From NCBI GenBank assembly GCA_013239625.1, contig MU054323.1:15442029-15506028 (forward strand): a stretch of 64,000 bases of DNA. The letters are read 5' to 3'. The translations under genes and the position numbers were made by a program. Positions 26,660-37,287 of this stretch are shown here, in pieces (the first letter of the stretch is position 1; each line of letters begins with the position of its first letter). The notes under the pieces were generated by a model, which was given only the letters and a program-made list of their open reading frames with translations, ran no database searches and was not told where the DNA came from. The stretch comes from Lama guanicoe (lineage: Eukaryota).

Positions 26660-27850
26660 AGTGGGAGATTTTTATAGATCCTTCTTGGATAGCCGACAAA
26701 AAGTATAAGATATAGGTGAGCTGGATGTCATAATTAAGAAGTAGAGTTTAATAGATACGCAAGTTTGTATCAAGTAAACAGAATACATGTTCTTTTCAAA
26801 TAACCATGTATTTTTAACTTGGCCATAGTCCACATACATACACGTGCATGCCAAAAAAACAGAAACAAAAAGAAAACAAACTCAAGAAATTACAGAAGTA
26901 GAAAATTATATAGCCTACATTCTCTGGCAACGAGGCAGTGGAACTATAAATTAAACTCAAGAGGAAAGCCAAAAAATACACCTGTGCAGAAGTTTAGTAG
27001 CACTCTTCTAACAGGTCTTTAAAGAGGAAATCAAAATTGAATTAGAAATGAGTTACACTGAGAGCAGTTCATATCGAACATTGGAATATAACCAGAGCAA
27101 TTTGGCTAAAGTATTAAAATCATAATGAAAATTATTTGCATTTCTGAGAAAACAAAAGTGAAATCAAAGTGAACCGAGCATTCATTAATCTTAAAACCCT
27201 AGAGAAAAGCCAATTAAATAATCTGAAAGACAAAGAAGGAAGAAATTTAAAAACTTAAAAGAACCCGTGAACACATCAACTACAAAAAAGAAAGCTTGGT
27301 TTGTAAAGCCTGAAATGAATTTGAAAATCTATAGAAATCAAGTATTTCTTTACTAATATATGTTAGTACAGGTAATTCTAAAAGAAACAGAATAACGTGG
27401 TAATCTAATAACCAAAGAAGAAACCTGTTCCTTCCTCCGTTACAAAAACAGTACAGAATTCAGATAGTTTCATAAGTGGGTTGTATGAAAACATCACAGA
27501 AGAGATAATTCCTGAGTTATTTGAACTGCTTTACAGCAGAGAAAGAGGTAGAATGATAAACAGCTCATTGAAAAAGTTAGTGTAACTCTGAAACTTGAGA
27601 CTGGATGAGGCCAGTACACACACGTGAAAAGAGAGAGCTACAAGCTGCTATCACTCAAACTTACTAATTTAGCAGTCTTCAAGTGTTAGAAGGTCAGATA
27701 GAGCTGGATCTTTAGACATAGGCTTTCTTCTAAGGACACAAGGATGGTTTAAAATCTAATTGATTATATTATAGTAAATTAAAAGGAAGCCAATGTGAAT
27801 CTCGAGAAAAGTTGAAAAAGCGCGTGGTAGGATTTAACCCTCATTTTTAA
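26660..27850 (+). mobile_element. Highly decayed L1M ORF2-region fragment
   Basis: A-rich on the + strand. Motifs CAGAATACATGTTCTTTTCAAATAACCATG, ACATTCTCTGGCAAC, AAAGAGGAAATCAAAA and CAAGGATGGTTTAA resemble L1 ORF2. No intact ORF. Confidence 0.7.
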
Positions 27851-28439
27851 CATTCTTAAATCCCTTCAGACTGTGGTCCAGTGTCTGTGGCAGCCTACGT
27901 TATCCCACATGGATTACCAAGCCAGGTTTTAAGAAGTAAATAAAGCTCTCAAGCCTTGAGCTACAAAACACACAGCAGTAGGTGACCATGTTGATAGTGT
28001 TAAAAGAAACTTAAATAACTAGGAAGACCTGAGATGTTTGTACTTTAATGAAAACATGTTTCATTGAAGCATATGTTTGAAAACTGATTATACATACCGG
28101 GTATTTTGCAAAATAGGAATGTAATAGAATGTGATACAGAATAAGTTAAATTACAGCGCATTAACAGGAGTAGAAATGAAGTGTTATTTGCAATTAAAGT
28201 CATCGCGCTCTTATTAATTTTGAGACTGCGTGTTTGTGTTTGCCAGAGAAGCCGTCTACTGAATGTACTTGACAAACTCCATCTCAGTCAAGATTCACTT
28301 TCTGCTCCTCAGCTCTTTGATTTGTTCTGCCCACACTGATGGGGATCCAGGAGTAGAACTCCTCATTAGTTAATTATGTTCTCTTCTCCAGGCAGCTGCT
28401 GGGGGTGGTAATGTGAAAACTGGGTAAACGCATCCTCTG

Positions 28440-28840
28440 TATGTCCTGCGGCAGCCACACTGGCCTTTAACTCTTCCCGGGACACACCGGAGTGCGGCAG
28501 CTGTTCCCTCCGCTGGGACGCTCTTCCCCGAGGCATCTCCTTGGCCCATTCCTGCACTCCTTCAGTTCCTTCCAACATTAGCTTCTCAGTGATGCGTATT
28601 CTGAGCACACTGTAACTGCCCCCCACTTCTTCCGTGCTTTCTAATTCCCCCTTGCTCTGTTCTGTTCTCCCCCCAGATTTACCTCCCTCTTCGGCTATAC
28701 CGTTTGCTTATTTATAATGTTTATTGTTTGTTTTATATCACCCTTCACTGCGTTGTAAACTGTGTGAAGACAGGGATCTATGTTTTGTTTTCACAAGCTG
28801 CTGGAACGGCAGGCACTTAATAACTATTTTTGAAAGAATT
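28440..28840 (+). mobile_element. LINE-2 3' fragment
   Basis: Pyrimidine-rich body ending TGTAAACTGTGTGAAGACAGGGATCTATGTTTTGTT...GGCACTTAATAACTATTTTTGAAAGAAT. Confidence 0.7.
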
Positions 28841-30099
28841 TACTAGAACTATGAGTATGAAGGCTCTCTTGCACTATCTTTTGATTGGACGAGAAGTAGT
28901 TAGACAGAGAAGATGGGCAGAGAAATGAAAGGTACAGCAATCAAGGTAGAAAGTGACCTGAAGGACACTTGGTTTTGGAAATAGATCCCCTTTTGTAATA
29001 TAAAGAGCTAAGTGAACTGGAGGCGAGGAGGCCTGGATCCTTGCCGTTATTCCACCCCTGGCCTCAGGCAGATCTCCCCGGTTTCAGGTTCCTTATCTAC
29101 AAGGTGGACTACACTAGGCGACCGCTTGCGTCTAACCCTGCTTCGTGATTCTGTGTGGGTCTTACCTTAGGAAAAACAGAGCTTACAAACATAGCCCTAC
29201 ACCGCATGGTATTATTTCCACCCAGCGTTTTCTGAACTCTTTCCACCCAAAGGTCGTGGAGCTGTGATGGTGCACTTTTGGTTTATTTCATCTTTTCCTC
29301 AAAGGCCTAATGTTGGTGCAGGTTTCTTAAAAGCTTGAACCAAGAAACTGAGCTATGGACTGGGGCTTCAGAAGCTAGGACTTTGCTTGATTTATTTTTC
29401 TTATCTCTAAAAAAAAAAAATGGAGGCACAGCAGGAGGTCAGTAACATAATATTGGAGAAAGGAGAACAAGGTACCATTGCTGGGTCTCTGCTAGGGATA
29501 GAGACACACCAGATGTCACTTAGGGAAATTATAGAGGAATTTGGCTCCAGAGCCATCTTGCTAAGCTTCCACATCCCAGAGTCATATCCTCTTCATACAG
29601 TCATCTCCTCAAATCTCAGAGCTTGGAGGTCGAGCTCCCCCGTGTTGAACGTCATGCACCTTGTCTCCAGCCCCCGAAGTAGCCATTAGTTATTTCTGGA
29701 TCTACTTTGGTGTTTAAATGTACACTATCTTCAAGGAACAGCTCTTAAAACTGCTTTTAAACTTAAAGACCTTTCGGTTGGTCGGCAGGCAGCAAAGCCC
29801 TGTTTTCAGATTCTGCATGTCCTGTAGGCATCTGCCCTGTGCCTTCCTCATCCAGTCAGTGCACTGGACACAGGGGAGAGGGAGGTGGGACCCTGGGCAA
29901 GACGGCGGCTTGGCCTCTCATTCTGATGTCATGAGCAGATCTCAGGAGAGATTTCCACGGGTGGCTCAGCTGCGTTTGAGGGTTCTCAGCAGACTTCGTC
30001 CCCTCCCCTCCTCTCTGGTGAGTGGGTGGGTCATCAGGGCTGCCCGTGCTTCTGTGGGAAGGCCCTGGGCCCGTGCTAAGCTGTCTCTCTCCCATTTAG

Positions 30100-30342
30100 A
30101 AGAGAAGCCAGACTGCTCCAAGGCCCGCTGTGAAGTCCAGTTCTCTCCGCGCTGTCCTGAGGATTCCGTTCTGATCGAGGGCTACGCGCCCCCGGGGGAG
30201 TGCTGCCCCCTCCCCAGCCGCTGCGTGTGCGACCCCGCCGGCTGTCTGCGGAAAGTCTGCCAGCCGGGATACCTGAACATACTTGTGTCCAAAGCCTCAG
30301 GGAAGCCGGGAGAGTGTTGTGACCTCTATGAGTGCAAACCAG
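30100..30342 (+). CDS. CRIM1: CRIM1 coding exon (human exon 3 equivalent), 243 nt, phase 1-1; (E)EKPDCSKARC...GECCDLYECKP
   Basis: Acceptor ctctctcccatttAG|AAGAGAAG and donor CCAG|GTatgc. The peptide matches CRIM1 as recalled and splices in frame to the next exon. Confidence 0.97.
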
Positions 30343-30519
30343 GTATGCGCGGGCTCTGTCCCAGCAGCCGAGAGCGTGGCACAGGCCCCTCCTGCCACAC
30401 GACGCTGGGCATTCTCGGCAGGACACTTTGGGCTCACGGCAGCCTGACTTCTGCCCTCCAGTCAGACAACTAGAGGGATGATCTGCTAGCACATCAGTGC
30501 CTTTAGAGAAGGACCCTGT

Positions 30520-30559
30520 CTTTTCCTCTCTCTCTCTTTTTTTTTTTTTTTTTTTTTTT
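30520..30559. repeat. (CT)n plus poly-T tract in intron 3
   Basis: Seen directly in the sequence. Confidence 0.85.
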
Positions 30560-31385
30560 GCCTTCAGAGTATGCTTGTTGGGGGCGGTAGGATTAAAATT
30601 TATGGTACTATGGCTGCCTGCTTCATTCCCCCAGAGAAGGTCATCACCCTCATTTGTAGATATATCTGTCACTTTAAAGTATTGCATTTAAAAACAATCA
30701 TCATACATAAAGCAGAAAGTTATTTTTAGATGAATATATGCATCAAAATGACAGACATTTTATCATGAAATACTCAGTCCCAATCTTTCTCCTTGCCAGC
30801 TCCCCACCATCCGTCCCTTGACTTTATAGCATGTGCCAAGTCATCCTTGACTATTTACTTGGCTTCTTGGCCACATTTGTTTTGTTGTCATGTCCCAGCT
30901 GTTTCTTGCTTTATATTATTTCTAACCTCCTTGTTCTCGTGGCTGCATTTCTAACGTGGTCTGTGAATGGGTCTGGACTGTAGCGATTTCCTCTTTGCAA
31001 GTTTCTAACAGCTGGTCAGAATTTTTTTTTTTACCTGCCAGATAAAGGCACAAGCCAGTCAGTCAGTCTGTCCCTTGACCATCTCTTAAACTGTTCTATC
31101 AGAAACGCCTCTGGCTGAGCAGCACCATCCACACCCCCACCTTTGGTTTAACTCTCTCTGTGTCTTCGTCTTAACTCTTCAGTGTCCTGTCTTCTGCTTT
31201 TCTTGCACAGAAGATTTGGGTCATATTATAGCTCTCTCATGTTGACTGAAATGAAAATGCCAATGCTAAGACAGGGTTTCCAGGGAGCAAGGAAACTGCA
31301 AAAGTTTGTGAAGAGCCAGTGTTTCGTTTGAGGACTCAGAATGCAAGTAAACATAGCAGTGAACAGTGCTCTGTTTGCCCCCCAG

Positions 31386-31506
31386 TTTTCAGCGTGGACT
31401 GCAGCACTGTGGAGTGCCCCTCCGTTCAGCAGGCCGTGTGTCCCCTGGACAGCTACGAGACTCAAGTCAGACTCACAGCGGACGGCTGCTGCACTCTGCC
31501 CACAAG
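31386..31506 (+). CDS. CRIM1: CRIM1 coding exon (exon 4 equivalent), 121 nt, phase 1-2; (V)FSVDCSTVECPSVQQAVCPLDSYETQVRLTADGCCTLPT(R)
   Basis: Acceptor tgtttgccccccAG|TTTTCAGC and donor CAAG|GTcggt. Junction G|TT gives Val in frame with the previous exon. Confidence 0.96.
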
Positions 31507-33599
31507 GTCGGTCTGTCATCCATTTATCAAGTTTTCTCCTCTGTCGTGTGTGTTTGCATCACTGAAAGCACAGTTTCAAGCACACAGTTTGTATTCCCCA
31601 AGCATCAGGGAACCCTAGCACCCTCCTGTCTCTGTGGAGAAGTCACTGAACTGTTACCATTACTTGGGACTTCCACGTATCGTGCCTCGGGTCAAAGCCA
31701 GGTGTCCTCAGGTCAAGTCTCTAATCCTTAGAGGTCCCTCAGGTCATGGTGCCTATGCACGCTTGTGGGCTGGGAACCAAACGGGCAGATGTGCCCCTCC
31801 ACATGTGGCCAGGGGGGCCACAAGGTATTCATCCGTGGTAGGCATGTCATTTGATCCTCCGCAGTGAACCTTACAGGTCCCTAACCATTGTGTCCAATGG
31901 GATGAAACCCTGCATGCGTCATAGATTCGCTCCCCAGGGATCCTTGACGTTGGCAGTTGCACGTTTACCCAGACCTATTACTTTCTGAGGCAACAAGGAG
32001 TTTAAATTCCTCTAGTGCTTTCTGGAGTAACAAACACATCTCCCTTTGGCTTGATGGAGGAAGAGCTGCTGTCATCTTAGTCTCAGTAGCAGGACATCCC
32101 CTTCATCCCCCCGGACCAGGCTTGCTCCAGAGCGCCAGGGTCCCCAGGTCCCATCCTCGGCAGTCCTCACAGCAGCACCGTGGAGCTGGCGCTTCAGCTT
32201 TGCTTGGGGGAAGACTGAGCTTGGAAGCACAGGATTTACTTTGTTTCCCCCGCTGAGATGCCCCCTTCCCCCATTGACCTCTTCCCTGCCAGGTCCTCTC
32301 CTCCATCTTTCCCAGATCGCAAAGTCATTATTTTGCCTAAGTCATCTCATTTCTTTCAACTTTTGCGCTACATTTAACATCCAGAGTTAAAATACTGCCT
32401 TCCTTATCTCCATTTCTAACCTCTGTCTCCCTCAGTCCCAGTCCCAGCACCAGGCATAGCATCCATGTTTGTTGCATGAGTAACTGTGATTATACAAATG
32501 GTTTGATAAGATAGGAATGTATATGGTCTGTAGTTAAGGTAAGTATCAGTTATTTGTGCTTGATTGGAGCAGGCATCCAGAGTTTGTTCTGATAACTACT
32601 TTTTCCTCCTTCTCTTAAAACACATTAATTCGTTGGCATTTCCTAGCTTTTGTCCCATCAGAAACTGTAGGGTTCCCTCAGACATATTTACATGACTTGC
32701 CCTCTACTTTCTGTTGTATCATAAAAGAGATGCAGAGATTTTTGTGGGGGTAACATATAGTGGTGCCGCACTTTCTTATGACATGATGATGTGCTAATTT
32801 ACATGACATTGCTTAGCAAGGGTTGAAGTATGATGGCACAAACATAAGGTTTTATTAGTCAGTAAAGGGAGGAAAGTGGAGCATTACTAACAGGGACAGA
32901 TGTCCCTTCTAGGTCTTCATGAAAAGGAAGGTGGCACATGGTATTAGAGAACCTAATTAATCAAAACTAAGCCGGTTGTCAATTAACAAGACCTTTAGAG
33001 GGGAAAAGGGACAGTTCTCAGTTCACCGTTACAAACATAGTTAGCGCCACCTACATGGAGGAGGCACAGTAGGCTACTTTTTGAGTCACTCTAGGGGGTC
33101 AAAATGGGTAGAAGCAACAGGAAGATGTATTTAATCTCAGTTTGAGGGAAAAGAAATTTCTCACAACTAATGATGCACAGTCATGAACGAGGCTGCTTCC
33201 TGAGATAAACTGAGCTCCCTGGAGCTGGAGAGACTTCTTTCCGTCTGGATGGCCACCTTCCAGGAATGCTCGGAAGAAACGTTACCCTGGAAAGGAGGTT
33301 CAAATAGACGCCTTCCGTTTTATCTCCAAGCTTCTGTGAGTTTGTAAACATAAACCTTAGGGTGGTAATTATGGTGTTGACCTGATTCTGACTTTGGCGT
33401 TCAGAACCAAGGAACGGTCAGTTAAAGGGGCCTCTAATGAAGAAATCAGAAACATGGAGAAGGAAGCCATTCGAAAATACCACAGTAAATTATTTGCAGG
33501 GAAGGGATAAGTTCTCACAGCTCTGTAGTTTCCTGTCTTTTAAATAGTCAGTAACCTTCCTCCCCTGCTGCCCTGTCTCCACATGCATCCTGTGTTCCC

Positions 33600-34025
33600 A
33601 CCTGAACTAGCGCCCCTCCCCCGCCCCTTCCCCACCCCCAGTGACCTCAGGCTCTGGGCCCTTCCTTTCATTTGCAGTGGGCTCTTCACCTGTTGCCTTT
33701 CCCTTCTACAGACTTCTCTCTCCGAACTACATTTCCTTCTCTTTGAAGTGTTTTTCAGACTTCAGTCTCTATCAGAGATGACTCAGGTGTGTCTCCTCCG
33801 CTCCCTTGTAATTGAATTCCCATGTATCTCTTTTTCATAGCACTTTTCATAATACATGGAAATCATTGGTTGTTTTTTCGTTTTTGTTTTTGGTCAATCT
33901 CTCCTACTCCATGTGCTTCTCAAGGGAAGGGAGTGTTTTATAGCCTCTAGTACATGGAACAGGACTTGATGTAAAATGCCAACCTACATTAGTTGATGAA
34001 TGAATGGATGGGTGGATGAATGAAC
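33600..34025 (+). mobile_element. LINE-2 3' fragment
   Basis: Pyrimidine-rich body ending ...AGTTGATGAATGAATGGATGGGTGGATGAATGAA, an L2-type tail. A further L2-like piece follows to about 34480. Confidence 0.65.
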
Positions 34026-34512
34026 AGGCCCACTATTAGCCATGATGACCAGTATGTTGAAGAAGAAAAAAATTATCTTCCTGCCATTGGGTGGTCATAC
34101 TGCTCCTCGTCTCACTGTAAAACCTTTGCAATCTCCCCCAACCCCCTTCTTTATGGCCAGTTCTTAGTACTGCAGAAACCCTCCATTCCAAGCACTGGGC
34201 TCACCTCTCAAAGCACGAGAAGCCCTTGTCTCTCTGCTTCACCTTGTCTCGTATTGTTCCTCCTGCAGGACTCCCGCTTATTGTCCTGTTATCCACCAGG
34301 TCTTTGTGCTTCAGCCAACACCCATCTCACTAGGTACTCCCCACACATATTTCCATGGTGCCGATTAATCATATACTTCCTTGCACCATTAAATAACTGT
34401 TACATGCATAAGGTCTCGTCTCACCAACTAAAGTTTCTAGAGGTGATGAACTGTGTCTTCATCCTTTTGCTCTGTGTATTCATTAATTCTGAACTAATCT
34501 GATTAAATGCAG

Positions 34513-34552
34513 AATATGCTCGGACTAGGACTTAACCTAGTCCGAGCATATT
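34513..34552. repeat. Perfect 17-bp inverted repeat with a 6-nt spacer
   Basis: AATATGCTCGGACTAGG-ACTTAA-CCTAGTCCGAGCATATT; the arms are exact reverse complements. Confidence 0.97.
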
Positions 34553-36224
34553 AAATGGGTCCCCACTTATTAAGGAGGATGACAGACAGGTCATACTTTG
34601 ACAAGAGAATAAAAACCCAATCCATCATGTAAAAATGGAAATAAAAAGAAGAGAGCCTACCATGTAGGAATAGTGGTAGTATTTTAACATGACTTTATCC
34701 TTGTGTGTGATTCATGTTAGAGGTTTCTCTTGAAGACCATGATCAGGTATAAAGAAGAGCATTTAGAGCATGTAAAACCCTGTTGTGACTGTTTGGCCTT
34801 TACCAGCATATTTGTAAAGAGCATTGTTTGGAACTTACTGCCATTTGGGATCAAAACCGATTATGTGGAGAATTCAGGGGGGAAGGCCCTTTCCAGTTCG
34901 GACAGAGTAGGGTGATGGATGGGAAACTTTAGCAGGAGAGGTTTGCCTTGGGTGGAAGTCAAAACCCCTTTTTGTAAGGATTTGCTGCACTTGCATAGAC
35001 TAGAAAAGGAGTTTGTAGACATTTCCCTCCTCACCTTAAAGAACAACCCCCACCCCTTCATTCCCATCCGAATGGAATAGCCATTCCCGGAGAGACCCTG
35101 TCACCCATTCAGGCCCCTCACTGCGCTGTTCTGGAGCCAGTGCTTGCTCACTTGGTGAATTTTCTTTTGAGTTGCTTGTTTTCAGTTTATTTATTCATGC
35201 ATTCATGGAGCACAAACTGAGCTCTTCCAAGTGACGGACACTCTCCTCTAGGTGTTCTTACTGTGCATGGATGTCTCTCCCCACTTCCATGGCTGACAGG
35301 TGCAGATGCCCCACCTCCTCTGCCCTTGCTACAAATGGGCTGGTCCTCCTCTCCTTGCTGCGTCTCTGCTTTTTCTTAATGGTCCATCCTTCATTTTCTC
35401 CTCCTTTGCTGTCTTTTCTCCTGGACTTCATCCCATATAGACATCCCTCATCTGTGTGATATAATTTTTAACCATTTTTAATTCTTCCTTCCCTCCACTT
35501 GGTTTAGGTCTCCAGCCACCCTGCCATTCTTTTCATCCTTTTCTCTTCTGTTGGCACTGGAAATCGTTGTGAGGCATAAGGCAGCTCATCCTGCCTTTCA
35601 GGAGATAGTGAAAAGGAATGAGACTTGTGGCTCTGGGCCTAAACCGTGCACGATGACAAAAAGGAAGAATGGGCCTAGCCATGGGGCTCAGGACACCTGG
35701 CAGTCTTTGCCCGGCCCTTGGTGCATGTGTGCATACCAGGGCCTCATGCGTAAGGAAACTTACAGCAGAGAAAGTTACGTCAGGTGCATTATCAAATGAT
35801 GACTTTGCAGGGAAGGAAAAACAGGAAAGTCTTTAAGTAACACATAGGTGGCAGGAACAAAGACAGCTTAACTTATAATGTGCCTTACTGTTTACAAAGC
35901 ATTTTTCACTTTTGTTGCTCTCATTTTATTAATCTTTCTGACTCCATGAGGAGCTTATAGATATAAAAACAGAGGTTGAGATAATAAGTGACTTGTGCAA
36001 AATCACAGATGTATTTTGGTGTAAGGGTCAGAGCAGGTCTAAGTCTTCATCCCAGGTTCTTTGATTCAAAGCCCTGTATGCTCCATTGGAGGTTGATCTT
36101 CTTTTTTTTAAAAACAATGTTTTGTTTTTAAGTCCAGGAAATATATCAACGTATATATATGGATTTATATCTCACCATCCTATTTACTTATTTCAGCATA
36201 GGACATATTAACACAATATACATA

Positions 36225-36655
36225 TGTTTCAGTTACTTATTGCTGAGTAACAAGCCACCCCCAAATGCAGTTGCTTAAAACAACAAAGATTTATTATTTC
36301 TCATGTGTCAATGTGTTAACTGGGTGGTTCTTCTGTAGTTGGCTGGCTGGTCGTCTGGGGCTGGATGGTTTAAGGTGGCATCACTCCCACGTCTGGGAAC
36401 TTGTCTGGAGGGGCCTGTTGCCCCTGTGAGGCCCTTCATCCTGGCTCCTTCATGTGATGGCAGAAGTGAGGGAGGAAGTTGCAAAGCCTTAAAGGAGACC
36501 AAGAGCTTGAAATTCACATAACCTGACCTCCACCACATCCTGTGGGGCAGAGCAGTTCACAGGGTGAGCCCTGGTTCAAAGGGTGAGGAGCAGATTCCAC
36601 GGCTTGACAGGAGAAGCTGCAAAGAATTTGTGATTGTTTTTGATCCACTGTAACA
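36225..36655. mobile_element. MaLR solo LTR (MLT1J/K-like)
   Basis: TG...CA-bounded, about 430 bp. Begins TGTTTCAGTTACTTATTGCTGAGTAACAAGCCACCCCCAAATGCAGTTGCTTAAAACAACAAAGATTTATTATTTCTCATG, typical of MLT1 (recall). Confidence 0.82.
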
Positions 36656-37230
36656 TACATGAAACCAAAATAGGTGCCCTTTAGATAACATTTTCTGATT
36701 GTGGAGAGTTGGTGGAGTGCTGCAGCCATGTGACCTTTTTTCCAAAGACTAGTGTCTTTCTGGCCCTGGGACGGGGGATCCACCTCTCCCTCCGCAGCCC
36801 CCTTCCTGTTTCTCTCTTCACATGCCAGTCAGTTGTTCACCTGGGACTGGGCACGTGACTTAGGAGCCTCTAAGCACCACCTTTGCTTTAAGCATCATTT
36901 AGCCCACCATTATTTTTAACTCTTCCCCGTCCGCATGTCGTGACTACCTAGTTTAACTTTCATTTCTCTCATCACACAACAGGGAGGGCTATTTTTGGAT
37001 GCTGCAAGATGTGCCTGGTAAAACCAGGTCAATTTTAAAAACGAATACACACACAAAACTTTCAGATATGTACACAGTCATTTCCCTCTGTAACAGTTGA
37101 TGACGGAATGGTCGTCTGAGAAGTGGACCCACCAGCTGCGGGGAGAGTAGATCCGTTGGGCTGTGCATCCTGTGTTCTCCTGCATGGGCCAGCTTAAGCT
37201 CTTTCTCAAGAACATAGAGCTCCCAGATCA

Positions 37231-37287
37231 GGTTTTGTTTTTTGGTTTTTGTTTTTTGTTTTTTGTTTTTTGTTTTTTGTTTTTTTT
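37231..37287. repeat. (GTTTTTT)n microsatellite
   Basis: Seen directly in the sequence. Confidence 0.9.

Noticed and set aside
30076..30687. 203-aa antisense ORF over exon 3
   Set aside because: It is a shadow of a GC-rich coding exon plus the poly-T tract (poly-Lys run) and resembles no known protein.
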